Positions 1 through 10,900 of a DNA stretch of 17,236 nucleotides are shown here, in pieces (positions within the stretch are counted from its first letter, which is position 1; every line of letters begins with the position of its first letter). The notes below the pieces were generated by a model, which did not search any database, was not told the origin of the DNA, and saw nothing but the letters and a program-made list of their open reading frames with translations. Origin of the DNA: an uncultured delta proteobacterium. Lineage in GTDB: Bacteria; Myxococcota; Myxococcia; Myxococcales; Anaeromyxobacteraceae. The position numbers and the translations under genes are program-made. The DNA lies in contig CAWJSR010000054.1 in NCBI GenBank assembly GCA_963845515.1, positions 1 to 17,236 on the forward strand. The letters are read 5' to 3'.

Positions 1-1248
1 GCCGACCTGCCGGTCGCCGAGTTCCCAATCCTTCGCCACGAGTCCGGCGACTACCGCGTGACCTTCGCCCGCGGCATGACCGGCATCCTGGACGAGAAGG
101 GGAAGCGGACGTCGCTCGCGAAGCTGGTCCGCGAGCACAAGGCGACCGCGGACGACAAGATCGACGGCGCCTACACCGTGGTCGTGCCGCGCGCCGGCGC
201 GGTCCGGGTCGAGCTCGGCTCACGGCTCGCCATCGAGGCCCGCCACCGCCGCCCGATGGAGGTCAAGGGGGCGCCGTTCTGGGAGCGGATCAACTACCAG
301 TTCCTCAACCTCTTCCTCGTCCTCTTCTTCATCCAGGGAGCCTTCGTCGTCGCGACGGAGAACTTCCCGTACGACACGGACATCGTCGCGGACGACCTCT
401 TCAAGAACCCTGCCCGGATGGCGAAGTTCATCATCAAGCCGCCCGAGATCCAGAAGCTGGACCTGCCCAAGAGCGAGAAGAAGGACGACTCGGGCGAGGC
501 GGCGGAGAAGCACAAGGGCGACGAGGGTCAGATGGGGAAGAAGGACGCCCCCAAGACCAACGCCCGCTCGGCCCCCAAGGCGATCGATCCCAACGCCAAG
601 GAGATCGTGAAGCGGTCCGGCCTCCTGGGCGCGATCGGCCGTGGTGGTGGCGGCGGCCTCTCGACCATCTTCGGCCAGGGCGGCCTCGGCGGCGACCTCA
701 AGGGCGCGGTCGGCAACATGTACGGCCCCGTGGTCGGCGACAGCTACGGCCTCGGCGGCCTCGGCATCCGTGGCTCGGGGTCGGGCGGCGGCGGGTCCGG
801 TGAGACGATCGGCATCGGCGGCGTCGGCACGAAGGGGCGGGGCGGCGGGGTCGGCGGCTACGGCTCCGGCGCAGGCGGCCTCGGCCGCAAGGGCGAGCGC
901 GACGTGAACATCTCGTCCGGCACGGCGCAGGTCATGGGCTCCATCGACAAGGAGCTGGTCCGCAAGGTGATCCAGGAGCACGCTGCGCAGATCCGCTACT
1001 GCTACGAGCAGCAGCTGGCGCTCAGCCCCAAGCTGTCTGGCAAGGTGTCCATCAAGTGGATCATCAACGCCGACGGCTCGGCCTCGGGGGCGCAGGTCGA
1101 CGGCAGCTCGACCACGCTCCAGGACTCCAAGGTCCACCAGTGCATGATGTCGCGCATCGTCAGCTGGGAGTTCCCGAAGCCCAAGGGCGGCGGCATGGCA
1201 GTGATCACCTACCCGTGGATCCTCCGGTCCTCTGGTGGCGAGGAGTAG
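1..1248 (+). CDS. gltG: Adventurous gliding motility protein GltG/PglI (TM helix, Gly-rich linker, AgmX/PglI TonB-C-like C-terminal domain); 5' end lies upstream of the window
   Basis: Frame 1 is open from base 1 (ADLPVAEFPILRHESGDYRVTF...), so the track start at 58 is not the true start. One hydrophobic helix (FLNLFLVLFFIQGAFVVA), a charged segment (GEAAEKHKGDEGQMGKKDAP), a Gly-rich tract and the C-terminal domain GSIDKELVRKVIQEHAAQIRYCYEQQLALSPKLSGKVSIKWII...CMMSRIVSWEFPKPKGGGMAVITYPW. Lies directly upstream of cglE, as in the myxobacterial glt cluster. Stop TAG 1246-1248. Confidence 0.85.
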   Translation, partial: ADLPVAEFPILRHESGDYRVTFARGMTGILDEKGKRTSLAKLVREHKATADDKIDGAYTVVVPRAGAVRVELGSRLAIEARHRRPMEVKGAPFWERINYQFLNLFLVLFFIQGAFVVATENFPYDTDIVADDLFKNPARMAKFIIKPPEIQKLDLPKSEKKDDSGEAAEKHKGDEGQMGKKDAPKTNARSAPKAIDPNAKEIVKRSGLLGAIGRGGGGGLSTIFGQGGLGGDLKGAVGNMYGPVVGDSYGLGGLGIRGSGSGGGGSGETIGIGGVGTKGRGGGVGGYGSGAGGLGRKGERDVNISSGTAQVMGSIDKELVRKVIQEHAAQIRYCYEQQLALSPKLSGKVSIKWIINADGSASGAQVDGSSTTLQDSKVHQCMMSRIVSWEFPKPKGGGMAVITYPWILRSSGGEE

Positions 1249-1270
1249 GCCCTGCGCCGGGGAACTAGAG

Positions 1271-1276
1271 GGGAGG
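1271..1276 (+). promoter_or_regulatory. Shine-Dalgarno site for cglE
   Basis: GGGAGG, 5 nt upstream of GTG 1282. Confidence 0.75.
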
Positions 1277-1281
1277 CACGC

Positions 1282-1926
1282 GTGAAGAGCCGCTCGTTAG
1301 AGGTTGCCGTCGCGGTCCTGCTGGCGCTCGCCACCCAGGTGGCGTCGGCGCAGGAGGCCGCGCCGACGTTGCAGGAGGATCCCCGCGCGGCCAAGTTCAG
1401 GGACGTCGAGCGCGGCTTCTTCGTCGGCTTCGACGCCGGGTGGCTCTCGCTGCTGAAGACGCCCACGGCCGACCCGGCCAGGCATCCCTACACGGCCGCG
1501 GACGGTGACCCGGACGGCGGCGCCGCCGGCGGCCTGGTCCTCGGGCTCAACATGGGAGTCGACCTCGGCTCGCTCGTCGCCGTGTCGGTCTTCGCAGTCG
1601 GCGCCAACGAGAAGGCCGACGTCGACTACGGCGCGTTCAGCCTCTACGCGGCCGGCCTCGACCTCCGGATCTCCCCCATCTCGGTGAAGGATCGGAATGG
1701 CTGGGAGCGGCTCTTCGTGTACGCGCACGCCCGGGGCGGCTACGCCCGCACCTGGCCCACCGGGCTGTTCGGCGACGTCGAGACGCTGGTGTCGGGAGGG
1801 CTGGGGTTCGAGTACTTCACGCGGCTTCGCCACTTCTCCGTCGGGATGGCACTGGATGGCGTCTACGCCATGAAGGCCAGCTCGTTCGGCGTCGCGCTCT
1901 ACCCGACGGTGCGGTACACGTTCTGA
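1282..1926 (+). CDS. cglE: Adventurous gliding motility outer-membrane beta-barrel protein CglE/GltH (214 aa)
   Basis: Sec signal peptide ending ...QVASA/Q, alternating amphipathic strands rich in Gly and aromatics (VERGFFVGFDAG; GGLGFEYFTRLRHFSVG) and a C-terminal BAM-type signal VRYTF. Lies between gltG and agmK and has a good RBS. Confidence 0.8.
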   Translation: MKSRSLEVAVAVLLALATQVASAQEAAPTLQEDPRAAKFRDVERGFFVGFDAGWLSLLKTPTADPARHPYTAADGDPDGGAAGGLVLGLNMGVDLGSLVAVSVFAVGANEKADVDYGAFSLYAAGLDLRISPISVKDRNGWERLFVYAHARGGYARTWPTGLFGDVETLVSGGLGFEYFTRLRHFSVGMALDGVYAMKASSFGVALYPTVRYTF

Positions 1927-1951
1927 CCTGGCGCGGCCGCTCGGACTACAG

Positions 1952-4900
1952 GTGAGCGCCTCGAGCCAGGACGAGACGATCAAGCGCCTCCTGGACGAGC
2001 TGGAGGCGGTGCCGGGAGATGAGCGGGCGCTGACCGAGTTGGCGGGGCTCTACGAGTCGGCGTCCCGCTTCGACGACCTGGTCGCGCTCCACGAGCGCGC
2101 CTCGCGGATGGCGCCGGACACCAGGCGCGCCGCTGCCCACCTCGGCGCTGCTGCGCGCGTCGCCAGGGACCTCCTCAAGAGCCCCCCACGGTCCGAAGAG
2201 CTCTGGCGCCAGGTCCTCGCCGTCGACCCGTCGAGCGCGGAGGCGCACGGGGCGCTGGTGGCGCTGGCCGAGGTGCGGGACGATCCGGTAGCGCTCGCCG
2301 CCGCGCTCGACGGCGCGGCTGGGGCGGCCACCGACCCCAGGGAGTCCGCTCGCCTCACCTTCCGGCTGGGCAAGGTCCAGGAGGAGCGGCTGGGCCGGAG
2401 GGACCGCGCCGCGCTGCTCTACACGCGGGCGGCCCGGATCGATCCTTCGTTCCACGAGGCTCGGGAAGCCGCGCTGGCCTGCTACCTGGCGCTCCGCCGC
2501 TGGGGGCAGGCGCGGCGGATGCTGGACGCGGCCCGCGGCGACACGTCGCCGGCGGTGCTGGCCGCGGCGTACGCCCGGCTGGGCGGGGCGCTCGCAGAGG
2601 AACCGCTGGAGCACCCGCTGGCGATGGACGTGCTCATCGAGGCGCTCACGCTCGACCGCGCCGCGCCGGGTGCCGCTGAGGCCCGCGAGCGGCTCCGCGC
2701 GCTCCCCCGGATCTGGCGGGAGGAGTCGGCGCGGCTCGAGGCGAAGGCCTCGGAGTTGGTCCGCGCGGGTGAGCGCCGGGAGGGCGCTCACCTGATCCTT
2801 CGAATGGCGCAGCTCGCCGCCGCCTGGGACCCTGCCGGCGGGCAGCGGGTCGTCGAGCTGGTCGAGCGCGCGTGGGCGCTCGCCCCGGGCCTGCCGGAGG
2901 CGCTCGAGGTGCTGGAGCGCGTCGTCTCCGAGAGCGGCGACCACCGTGGCCACGTCGAGGTCCTGGAGCGGCTCGCCGCGTCGACCCGCGACCGGGGCGC
3001 GCGCGTGGCGCTCCAGCTGGAGCTGGAGCGGCTGCACCTCGTCCGCTTCGGGGACACGGCGGCGGCGCTGGAGGCGCTCTTCCTGGCGCTCGAGCTGGAC
3101 CCCGCCTGCGAGACGGCGGCGATCCAGGCGTTCGAGCACCTCGCCGACGCGGGCAGGGCGGCAGAGGCGGTGTCGGTCCTGGAGCGTCACCTCGCCGCCA
3201 CCCCGGAGAAGCCCCAGCACGCGCTCTGGCGCACCCGCGCCGCCGGCCTCGCCGCAGCCAACCTGAGCGACCTTGCCCGGGCTCGCCGCCACCTCGAGTC
3301 CGCGCTGCGATCGGACCCTCGCTACGCCCCTGCGGCCGTCGCCCTCGCCCCGATCCTGGAGCAGGCGGGCGAGTGGCAGCGGCTCGTCGAGGTCATAGAG
3401 GTGGGGCTCCAGGCCGAGAAGGATCCGGCCGCGCGCGTCGCGCGGCTCCGCCGGATCGCCGGGCTGCAGGCCGAGCGGCTCGAGCGGCCGCGCGAGGCGC
3501 TCCGGACGCTGTCGCGTGCCCTCGCCATCGACCCGCGCAGCGCCGAGACGCGCGACGCCATGCTGCGCGCGGCGGCAGCCGGGGGGGCCAACACCGAGCT
3601 GCTCCGCGCCCTCCGGGCGGCCGTGGAGTCGCTGGACGGGGACGCCAGGGCGAGGGCTCCGCTCCTGCGGCTCGCCGCCGAGATCCTCGATCGCGATCTG
3701 GATCACGCCGACGAGGCGGTGAAGGCGTGGGGCGAGGTGACCGCCAACGATCCCGCCGACACCCAGGCGGCCGCCGCGCTGACCGCAGCCATGGCGCGGG
3801 CGGGCCGCCACGCAGAGGCGGTCCGCGCGCTCGAGGGCGAGATCGCCCGGGCTTCCGGCGCCGAGCGGCGGGCCCTCATCGTCCGGCTCGCGCGGCTCCG
3901 CACGGACGGCGGCGAGCCAGGGCCCGCCGCCGTCCTCTGGCGCACGCTGCTCGCGGCTCGCGCAGACGACGACGAGGCGATCCGTGGGCTCGCGGACGCG
4001 CTCCAGCACCTGCCTGGCGACCGCGCCGCCGAGGAGCGTGTGCTCGCGCTGGGCCGGCTCGCGGTCCGCGCCGACGGGGCCGGAGACCGCGAGCAGCTCG
4101 AGCTGGAGCGCGCCGAGGTGCTGGCGGATCCGCTCGCGCGGCTGGGTGAGGCCGCCGGTGCGGCCCTCACCGTGCTCCGCTCGGGAGGGGCGCAGCGCGC
4201 AGTGCGCGACCGGGCCGTGACGCTGCTGGAGAGGCTCCTCGCCCGCGGGGTCGACCCCCTGCGGATCGCGCAGGTGCTGGCGCCGGCCTATGCCGCCGCG
4301 GGGCAGCCGGAGAAGCAGGTGGCGATGCTGGAGCTGATCGCGCGCCGCCTCCCCGCGGCTGGTGACGCCCGCGAGCGCGCCCGTCACCTGCTGGACGCGT
4401 CGGTGCTTCGCGCCGAGCGGCTCGGCGATCCGCGCGGTGCCCTCTCCGACGCGGTCGAGGCGATCAAGGCGTGCCCAGACCACGCGGAGGCGCGCCGCCG
4501 CTGCGAGCGGCTGGCGGCCGAGGTGGGCGCCTTCGGCGAGCTCTACGCGCTGCTGATCGAGACGGCGCGGACGCTGGAGGGGCGCCCCGACGAAGAGCTG
4601 GCGCTGCGCCGGCGAGCCGCCGAGGTCGCGGAGCAGGAGCTGGGCTCCACCGAGGACGCCGACGCCCAGCTCCGGCGCTGCCTGGTGGTCCGCCCCGACG
4701 ATCAGGAGATCCTCGCCGACCTGACCCGCGTGGCCATAGCCGGTCAGCGCTGGGAGGAGGTGGCGGACCTCCTCCACGACCGCGCCGGCCGCGCGGACGG
4801 CGCCGAGCGGATCGCGCTCCTGACGCAGCTGGGCGAGGCGCTCCTCGAGCGGCTGCGGAATCCCGACGCCGCGGCGGCCGTCTACGCAGAGGCGCTGACG

Positions 4901-7900
4901 CTGGCATCCGGCGAGCAGCGCCCCCGGCTCCTCGCGCGGCGCGCGGCCGCGCTGGAGCAGGCCGGCAACACCGGCGAGCGCGATCGCGTGCTCGCCGAGC
5001 TGGCCGCCACCGGACGAGGAACGGCTTCTCGCCTCGCGGGTCCAGACGGGGATATTCTCCCGGGAACGACTGCCATGAGCGACTCCGACACCCCCCCACA
5101 GACGGGCGCCCCTCACATGACCGACACAACCCCGGCGCCCGGCACGCAGCCGGAGGCTCCAGCGGCGCCCCCGAGCCCGATCGACGAGGCGGCCGCCGCG
5201 GCGCGCGCCAACCCGACGGACCCCGCGCTGCGCCGGGAGCTGCGCCGGGTCGCAGACGAGGCCGGTGACGCGGAGGGTTGCGCAGCGGTGCTGGAGCAGC
5301 TCGCGATGGAGGCTCCACCCGAGGTGCGCGCCTCCATATGGCGTGAGCTCGCGGACTGGAGCGAGCGCCGGCTCGGCTCGCCCGATCGCTCGGCGCAGGC
5401 ATGGGCGCGGGTCCTGGCGGTGGCGCCCGGAGACCCCGAGGCGCTCACCAACCTCCGGCGCCACTACCGGACGAGCGAGCGCTGGCAGGATCTCCACGAC
5501 GTCTGCGCGGAGATCGCGCGGCGTGCCGGGGAGCCCGCGGCTCGCCAGGACGCCCTGCGTGAGGCGGCGGTGATCGCGCAGTCGCGGCTCTCCGATCGCG
5601 AGAAGTCGGTCGCGTCGTGGCAGGCCGTGCTCGCGGCCGCGCCGGACGACGTCGAGGCCATGGCGGCGCTGGCGGAGCTCTTCCGCGAGGACCCCGCGGC
5701 GCGTGCCGTCATGCTGGCCAAGCAGGCGCAGCTCCTGGAGGGCGACGCGGATCCGCGGAAGGCGATCGACGCCTACGCCGCCATCCTGGCCGAGCGCCCC
5801 CGGGATCCAGCGACCATCGCCGGCCTGGAGCGGCTGCTCCAGCGCAAGGACGCGCGGGCCGCCGCAGCACGCCTGCTCGAGAACGTGCACCGGGTGGCCG
5901 GCGACGCGAAGAGGCTCGCCGAGGTGCTCGAGGTGCGCCTGGAGTTCGCGAACAGGGCCGAGCGCACGCCGCTGCTCGCCGAGGCTGCCGCGCTGCACGA
6001 GCGGAGCGGCGACCGCAAGCGGGGCTTCGTCGCGCGGGTCCAGCTCTGGCGCGAGACCATCCGGGACGGCCAGGACCAGCCCTCCGCGCGCGCCGAGCTC
6101 GAGCGCGTCGCGGCGGAGGCTGGGGCGATCGAAGAGCTGGTCGCCGCCTACGAGGAGGCGATCGAGGGAGGACTGGTCGTCGGGAAGGCGGCCCTCGACG
6201 TCCGCCGCCGGCTCGCCACGCTCTGGTCCAATCGGCTGGGCAAGCCCGAGAACGCGGCCCGCTGGCTGGAGGAGGTCGCCGCGCAGGCTCCAGGCCCCGA
6301 GGTGCTCGGCGCGCTCTCGCGCATCTACCGGAAGCTGGGGGACCTCCCGGAGCTGACGTCGGCGCTCAAGCGGCTCGCCCAGAGCACGGCCGCGCCCGGG
6401 GCCCGCAAGGAGCTCTGGCTGGAGGTCGCGCGGATCACCGAGGAGCAGATCCGGGACCGAGACGGTGCCATGGAGGCCTACCGCCAGGTGCTGTCGGCCG
6501 ATCCGGACGACCTGGCCGTCATGCGGCTGCTCGGCCGGCTGCTGGGGATGTCCGAGCGGTTCGAGGAGCAGGCGGAGCTCCTGGTCCGCGAGGTCGCGCT
6601 CGTCGAGAAGCGTCCGGGCTTCGAGGCCGAGGGCTCGGAGCTCCGCTTCCGGCTCGGCCGCCTGCGCCAGGACAAGCTCGCGGACGTCGCCGGCGCCATG
6701 GACGCCTACCGCGAGGTGCTGGCCCGCGTGGCGCGTCACCCGGGGGCGCTGCAGGCGCTGGAGCAGATCGCGCGCACCACCGGACCGTCGGCGCGCGACG
6801 CCGCGTCCATCCTGGAGTCCACGTGGGCGTCCGGCGGCGACCACGGGAAGGTCGTCGAGGCGCTGGAGGCGAAGGCCTCGCTCGAGGCCGACACCGTGGT
6901 GCGGGCTGGCTACCTCAAGCGGGTCGCCGAGCTCTACGCCGGGCCGCTGCGAAATCCCGAGATGGCCTTCCTCGCCGCCGGCCGGGCCCTGGCCGCCTCT
7001 CCCGGCGACGCCGAGCTGATCGATCTCTCGGTGCGGCTGGCCGAGGCGGCCGGCGTGAACGAGGAGCTGCTCGGGCTGCTCGCCGAGAACGCCGACCGGG
7101 CGCACGAGCCGGGCGTCCGCGCCGAGTACCAGCGGCGCATCGCGCGCGCCTCGCGCGACGAGCCCCAGCGCGCCGCCGAGGCGTGGCAGCGGGTCCTCGA
7201 CCTCCTCCCCGACGACCGCGAGGCCATGCAGGGGCTCGCCGACTCGCTGCGCGGCGGCGGCGAGGCGGATCGGCTCGCGCAGGCGATCCGGCGCAACCTC
7301 TCGGTCGAGGAGGACGTGCGCAAGCGCGCCAAGCTCCTCGCGGAGCTGGCGCGGCTGCAGAGCGACACCCTCGGTGACGCGCCCGGCGCGCTCCTCTCCT
7401 GGAAGCGCTACCTCGAGCTGGTCCCGGAGGACCGTGACGCGCTCCGGGCCCTCGACGCGATCTGCGTCGGGCTCGAGCGCTGGGTGGACCTGGACGAGAC
7501 GCTGGCGCGCGAGATCTCGCTCGCCAGGAAGTCCAAGAAGCAGGCCGAGGCGCTGGTCCTCCTGCACCGGCTCGGGCTCCTCAAGGAGGAGCGGCTGCTC
7601 GACAGGGACGCCGCGGTCTCCTGCTACGAGGAGGTCCTCCAGACAGACCCGGCGCACGCGGAGGCCATCGAGCGGCTGGAGGCCATCCTCCAGGCCGACC
7701 CGGGCAACGCGCGCGCGGGGATCGTGCTTGAGCGGGCCTTCGGCCTGTCGGGCGATCACGGGCGCAGGGCGGCGACCCTGGAGGCGCGCGCCGGAGAGCG
7801 GCCGGACCCCCAGGAGCGAAAGGCGCTCTACCTCGAGCTCGCCGACCTCCGGGAGAAGAAGCTGGCCGACCCGGAGATGGCCTTCCTCGCGGTCTGCAAG

Positions 7901-10900
7901 GCGTTCCGTCAGGACCCCGCCGACGCGGTCGTGCGCGAGCGCATGGAGCGGCTCGCGGCGGCCACCGAGCAGCACGAGGAGCTGGCCGGCATCTACGAGG
8001 ACGAGCTGGAGCGGCTGGCGCCCGCCGACCTCTCCAAGGTCGCGCTGCGGCTCGGCCAGCTCTACGAGGAGAAGCTCGCGGAGCCCGACCGCGCCGCCGG
8101 CTTCTTCCGGCGTGCGCTGGCGCTGGACCCCGAGGTGGTCGGCCTGGCGCTGCCGGCGCTCGACCGGCTCTATCAGCGGACGGAGGCGTGGAACGAGCTC
8201 GCCGACGTGCTCCAGTCCCGCGCCGATCTCGCGGCCGGCGCCGAGCGGGTCACCTTCCTCTACAGGCTCGGCCAGCTCACGCTCGAGAAGCTCGTCGCGA
8301 TGGACCGCGCCTCCGCCGCCTGGGAGGCGGCGATCGCCACGGATCCCCGCCACCTCCCCTCGCTGCGCGCGCTGGAGACGCTGTACGAGGAGTCCGAGCG
8401 GCAGGGCGACCTCCTCCGGGTCCTCGTCGGGCAGAAGAAGGCTGGGCCAGACGGCGCAGAGCGCGAGCGCGTGCTCGTGAAGCTGGGCATCCTCTCGACC
8501 GAGCTGCTGGAGCTCGAGCCCGCAGTCGAGCACTGGAAGGATCTGCTCGCGGTCCGCCCGCGCCACGAGCAGGCCCTGGCTGCGCTGGAGGATCTCTACG
8601 AGCGGCTCGAGCGCTGGCAGGAGCTGGCCGCCCACCTGAAGGTCCGGATCCAGTCGACCGTCGACCGCAAGGAGATCTCTCGCCTCAACGACAAGCTGGG
8701 GCACGTGATGGGCACCAGGCTCGGCGACGCGAGCCTCGCGATCCAGTCGTTCAAGGCGGTCCTGGACTCCGACCCGCGCAACCGGCAGGCGCTCGAGGCG
8801 CTGCGCGACATCTACGCCGCCCAGGGCGATCAGGACGGCCTGGCGGGCATCTACCGCAGGCTCGTCCCGATCCAGGACGACGCCGCCGGCGTGAAGCGCG
8901 TCCGGCTCGAGCTGGCGCAGGTCCTGGTGAAGGCCGGCCAGAAGAACGAGGCCGCCGAGCAGGCGAAGCGCGCCTTCGACATCGAGCCGCACTCGGTCGA
9001 CGACCTCGTCAAGATCGAGGAGATCTTCCGCGGCGCCGGCGCCGCGATGGAGGGCGTCCGCGCGGCCGAGGCGCGCGCGGCGCTGCTCGCGCAGGGGAGC
9101 CCTGCGGAGGCGATCCCGGCCTGGCTGGCGGTCGCCGACCTGTGGCGCGGCCAGAAGCGGAACGACCTCGCCGCGCTCTCGCTCGAGAAGGTGCTGGAGC
9201 TGGACCCGGCGCACCGCCCCGCGTTCGACCAGCTGCGCGACCTCCACGCGGCAGGCGGAAACTGGCGCGCCTGGGCGCGAGTGAGCGACGTCTTCGCGCC
9301 GAACATCCCCGATCCCGGCGAGAAGCTGAACCTGCTCAAGGAGGTCGCCCGGGTCCACGAGCAGAAGCTCGGCCAGAAGGAGATGGCCTTCATCGCCTGG
9401 ACGCGCGCCCTCTCCGAGGCGCCCGGCGACGACGAGGCGCTCTCCTCCACCGAGCGGCTCGCCGGAGAGACGCAGGCGTGGGACGAGATCTCGGGCGTCC
9501 TGGACCAGGTGGCCGAGTCGGCGCGCGGGATGGTGCGGGCGAAGCTCCTGCTCCACCTGGGGCGCGTGCGGGACGAGAAGCTCGACGACGCCGCCGAGGC
9601 GGAGACCGCTTACCGGCGTGCGCTGGAGGCCGATCCGGCGAACCCCGAGGCGCTGCAGGCGCTCACCTCGCTCTTCAAGAAGCGCGGGCGCGTCCGCGAG
9701 CTGGTCATCACGCTCGAGCAGCGCTTCGAGGCGGCTGCCAGCCTGGAGGAGAAGAAGGCGACGCTCCTGGAGGCCGCGAAGCTCTACGACGGCGAGCTCC
9801 AGGACGTGGACGAGGCGGTCGCCGCGCTGAAGCGGATCCTCGACCTCGAGCCCGACGACGAGAACGCCGTCGGGATGATCTCGAAGATCCTGCGGCGCGA
9901 GAAGCGGTGGGGTGAGCTCCTCTCGATCTTCGCCCGCGCCCGCGATCTCAGCCCCCGACGAGGCCGGCCGCCTCGCCTGGCAGCTCCAGATGGCCGTCCT
10001 CCAGGAGAGCGAGCTCGGAGACGACGAGGCGGCGGTGGACTCCTACCGCTCGGTCATCGGCTCCGACGACTCCAACGTCCAGGCGCTCGGCGGGCTGGAG
10101 CGGCTCTACACCAAGCTCGACCGCTTCGCCGAGCTGAACCGCGTCTACGAGAAGCAGATCGCGCTTGCCACCGACCCGCGCGAGAAGGTCCGGGTGCTCG
10201 GGAAGAGCGCCGAGATCTACGAGGAGAAGCTCGGCGATCCGCGCCGCGCCATCGAGCGGAACGAGGAGGTGCTCGGGCTCGACGGCGGCAACCTCCCGGC
10301 GATCAAGGCGCTCGAGCGGCTGTACCGTCAGGAGCGCGCCTGGGAGAAGCTCATCAGCGTCTCCCAGCACCACCTCGGGCTGGTCAACGACCGGCGCGAG
10401 CAGGTGGCGCTGGAGGTGACCATCGGCGAGGTCTGGTGGAAGGACATGCAGCGCGTCGACCGCGCCGAGGGCATCTTCAACCACGCCCTGCAGCTCGACC
10501 CCGAGTCGCGCGAGGCGGTCAGCGCCCTGGGGCGGCTCTACGAGCGGAGCGGCAACTGGAACCTGGCGCTCGACATGCTGAAGCGCGAGGCGCGCATCGC
10601 CGGCGCCAGCACCGACGCGGTCGACATCTACGTCCGGATGGGGGCGATCCAGGAGGACATGCTCCTCGACACCTCCTCCGCCAAGGACGCCTACGGTCGC
10701 GCGCTCCAGATCGACCCCGGCTGCCTCCCGGCCATCCGGGCGATGAAGGGTATCTTCGAGCGGGAGCGGAACCAGGGGGCGTTCCTGGAGCAGCTCGTCT
10801 CCGAGGCGCGCTACGCGGAGGACCCCGCAGAGCAGGCGCGGCTCCTCACCGACGTGGGGCGGCTGCACCAGGAGGAGCGGAGCGACCGCGAGGGCGCGGC

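Noticed and set aside
622..900. GGC-rich tract as a tandem repeat or novel element
   Set aside because: It encodes the Gly-rich linker typical of GltG/PglI-type proteins; there is no discrete repeat unit.
5091..5097. C7 run (also G7 at 14966-14972) as a phase-variation tract
   Set aside because: Runs of 7 are short for contingency loci and are expected at this GC content. The agmK frame is intact across the C7.
1946..9556. 2536-aa minus-strand ORF, plus the 859-aa (9948-12527), 486-aa (13049-14509) and 440-aa (15006-16328) minus-strand ORFs
   Set aside because: Antisense shadows of high-GC3 sense genes. They overlap well-supported + strand genes and show no recognisable domains.
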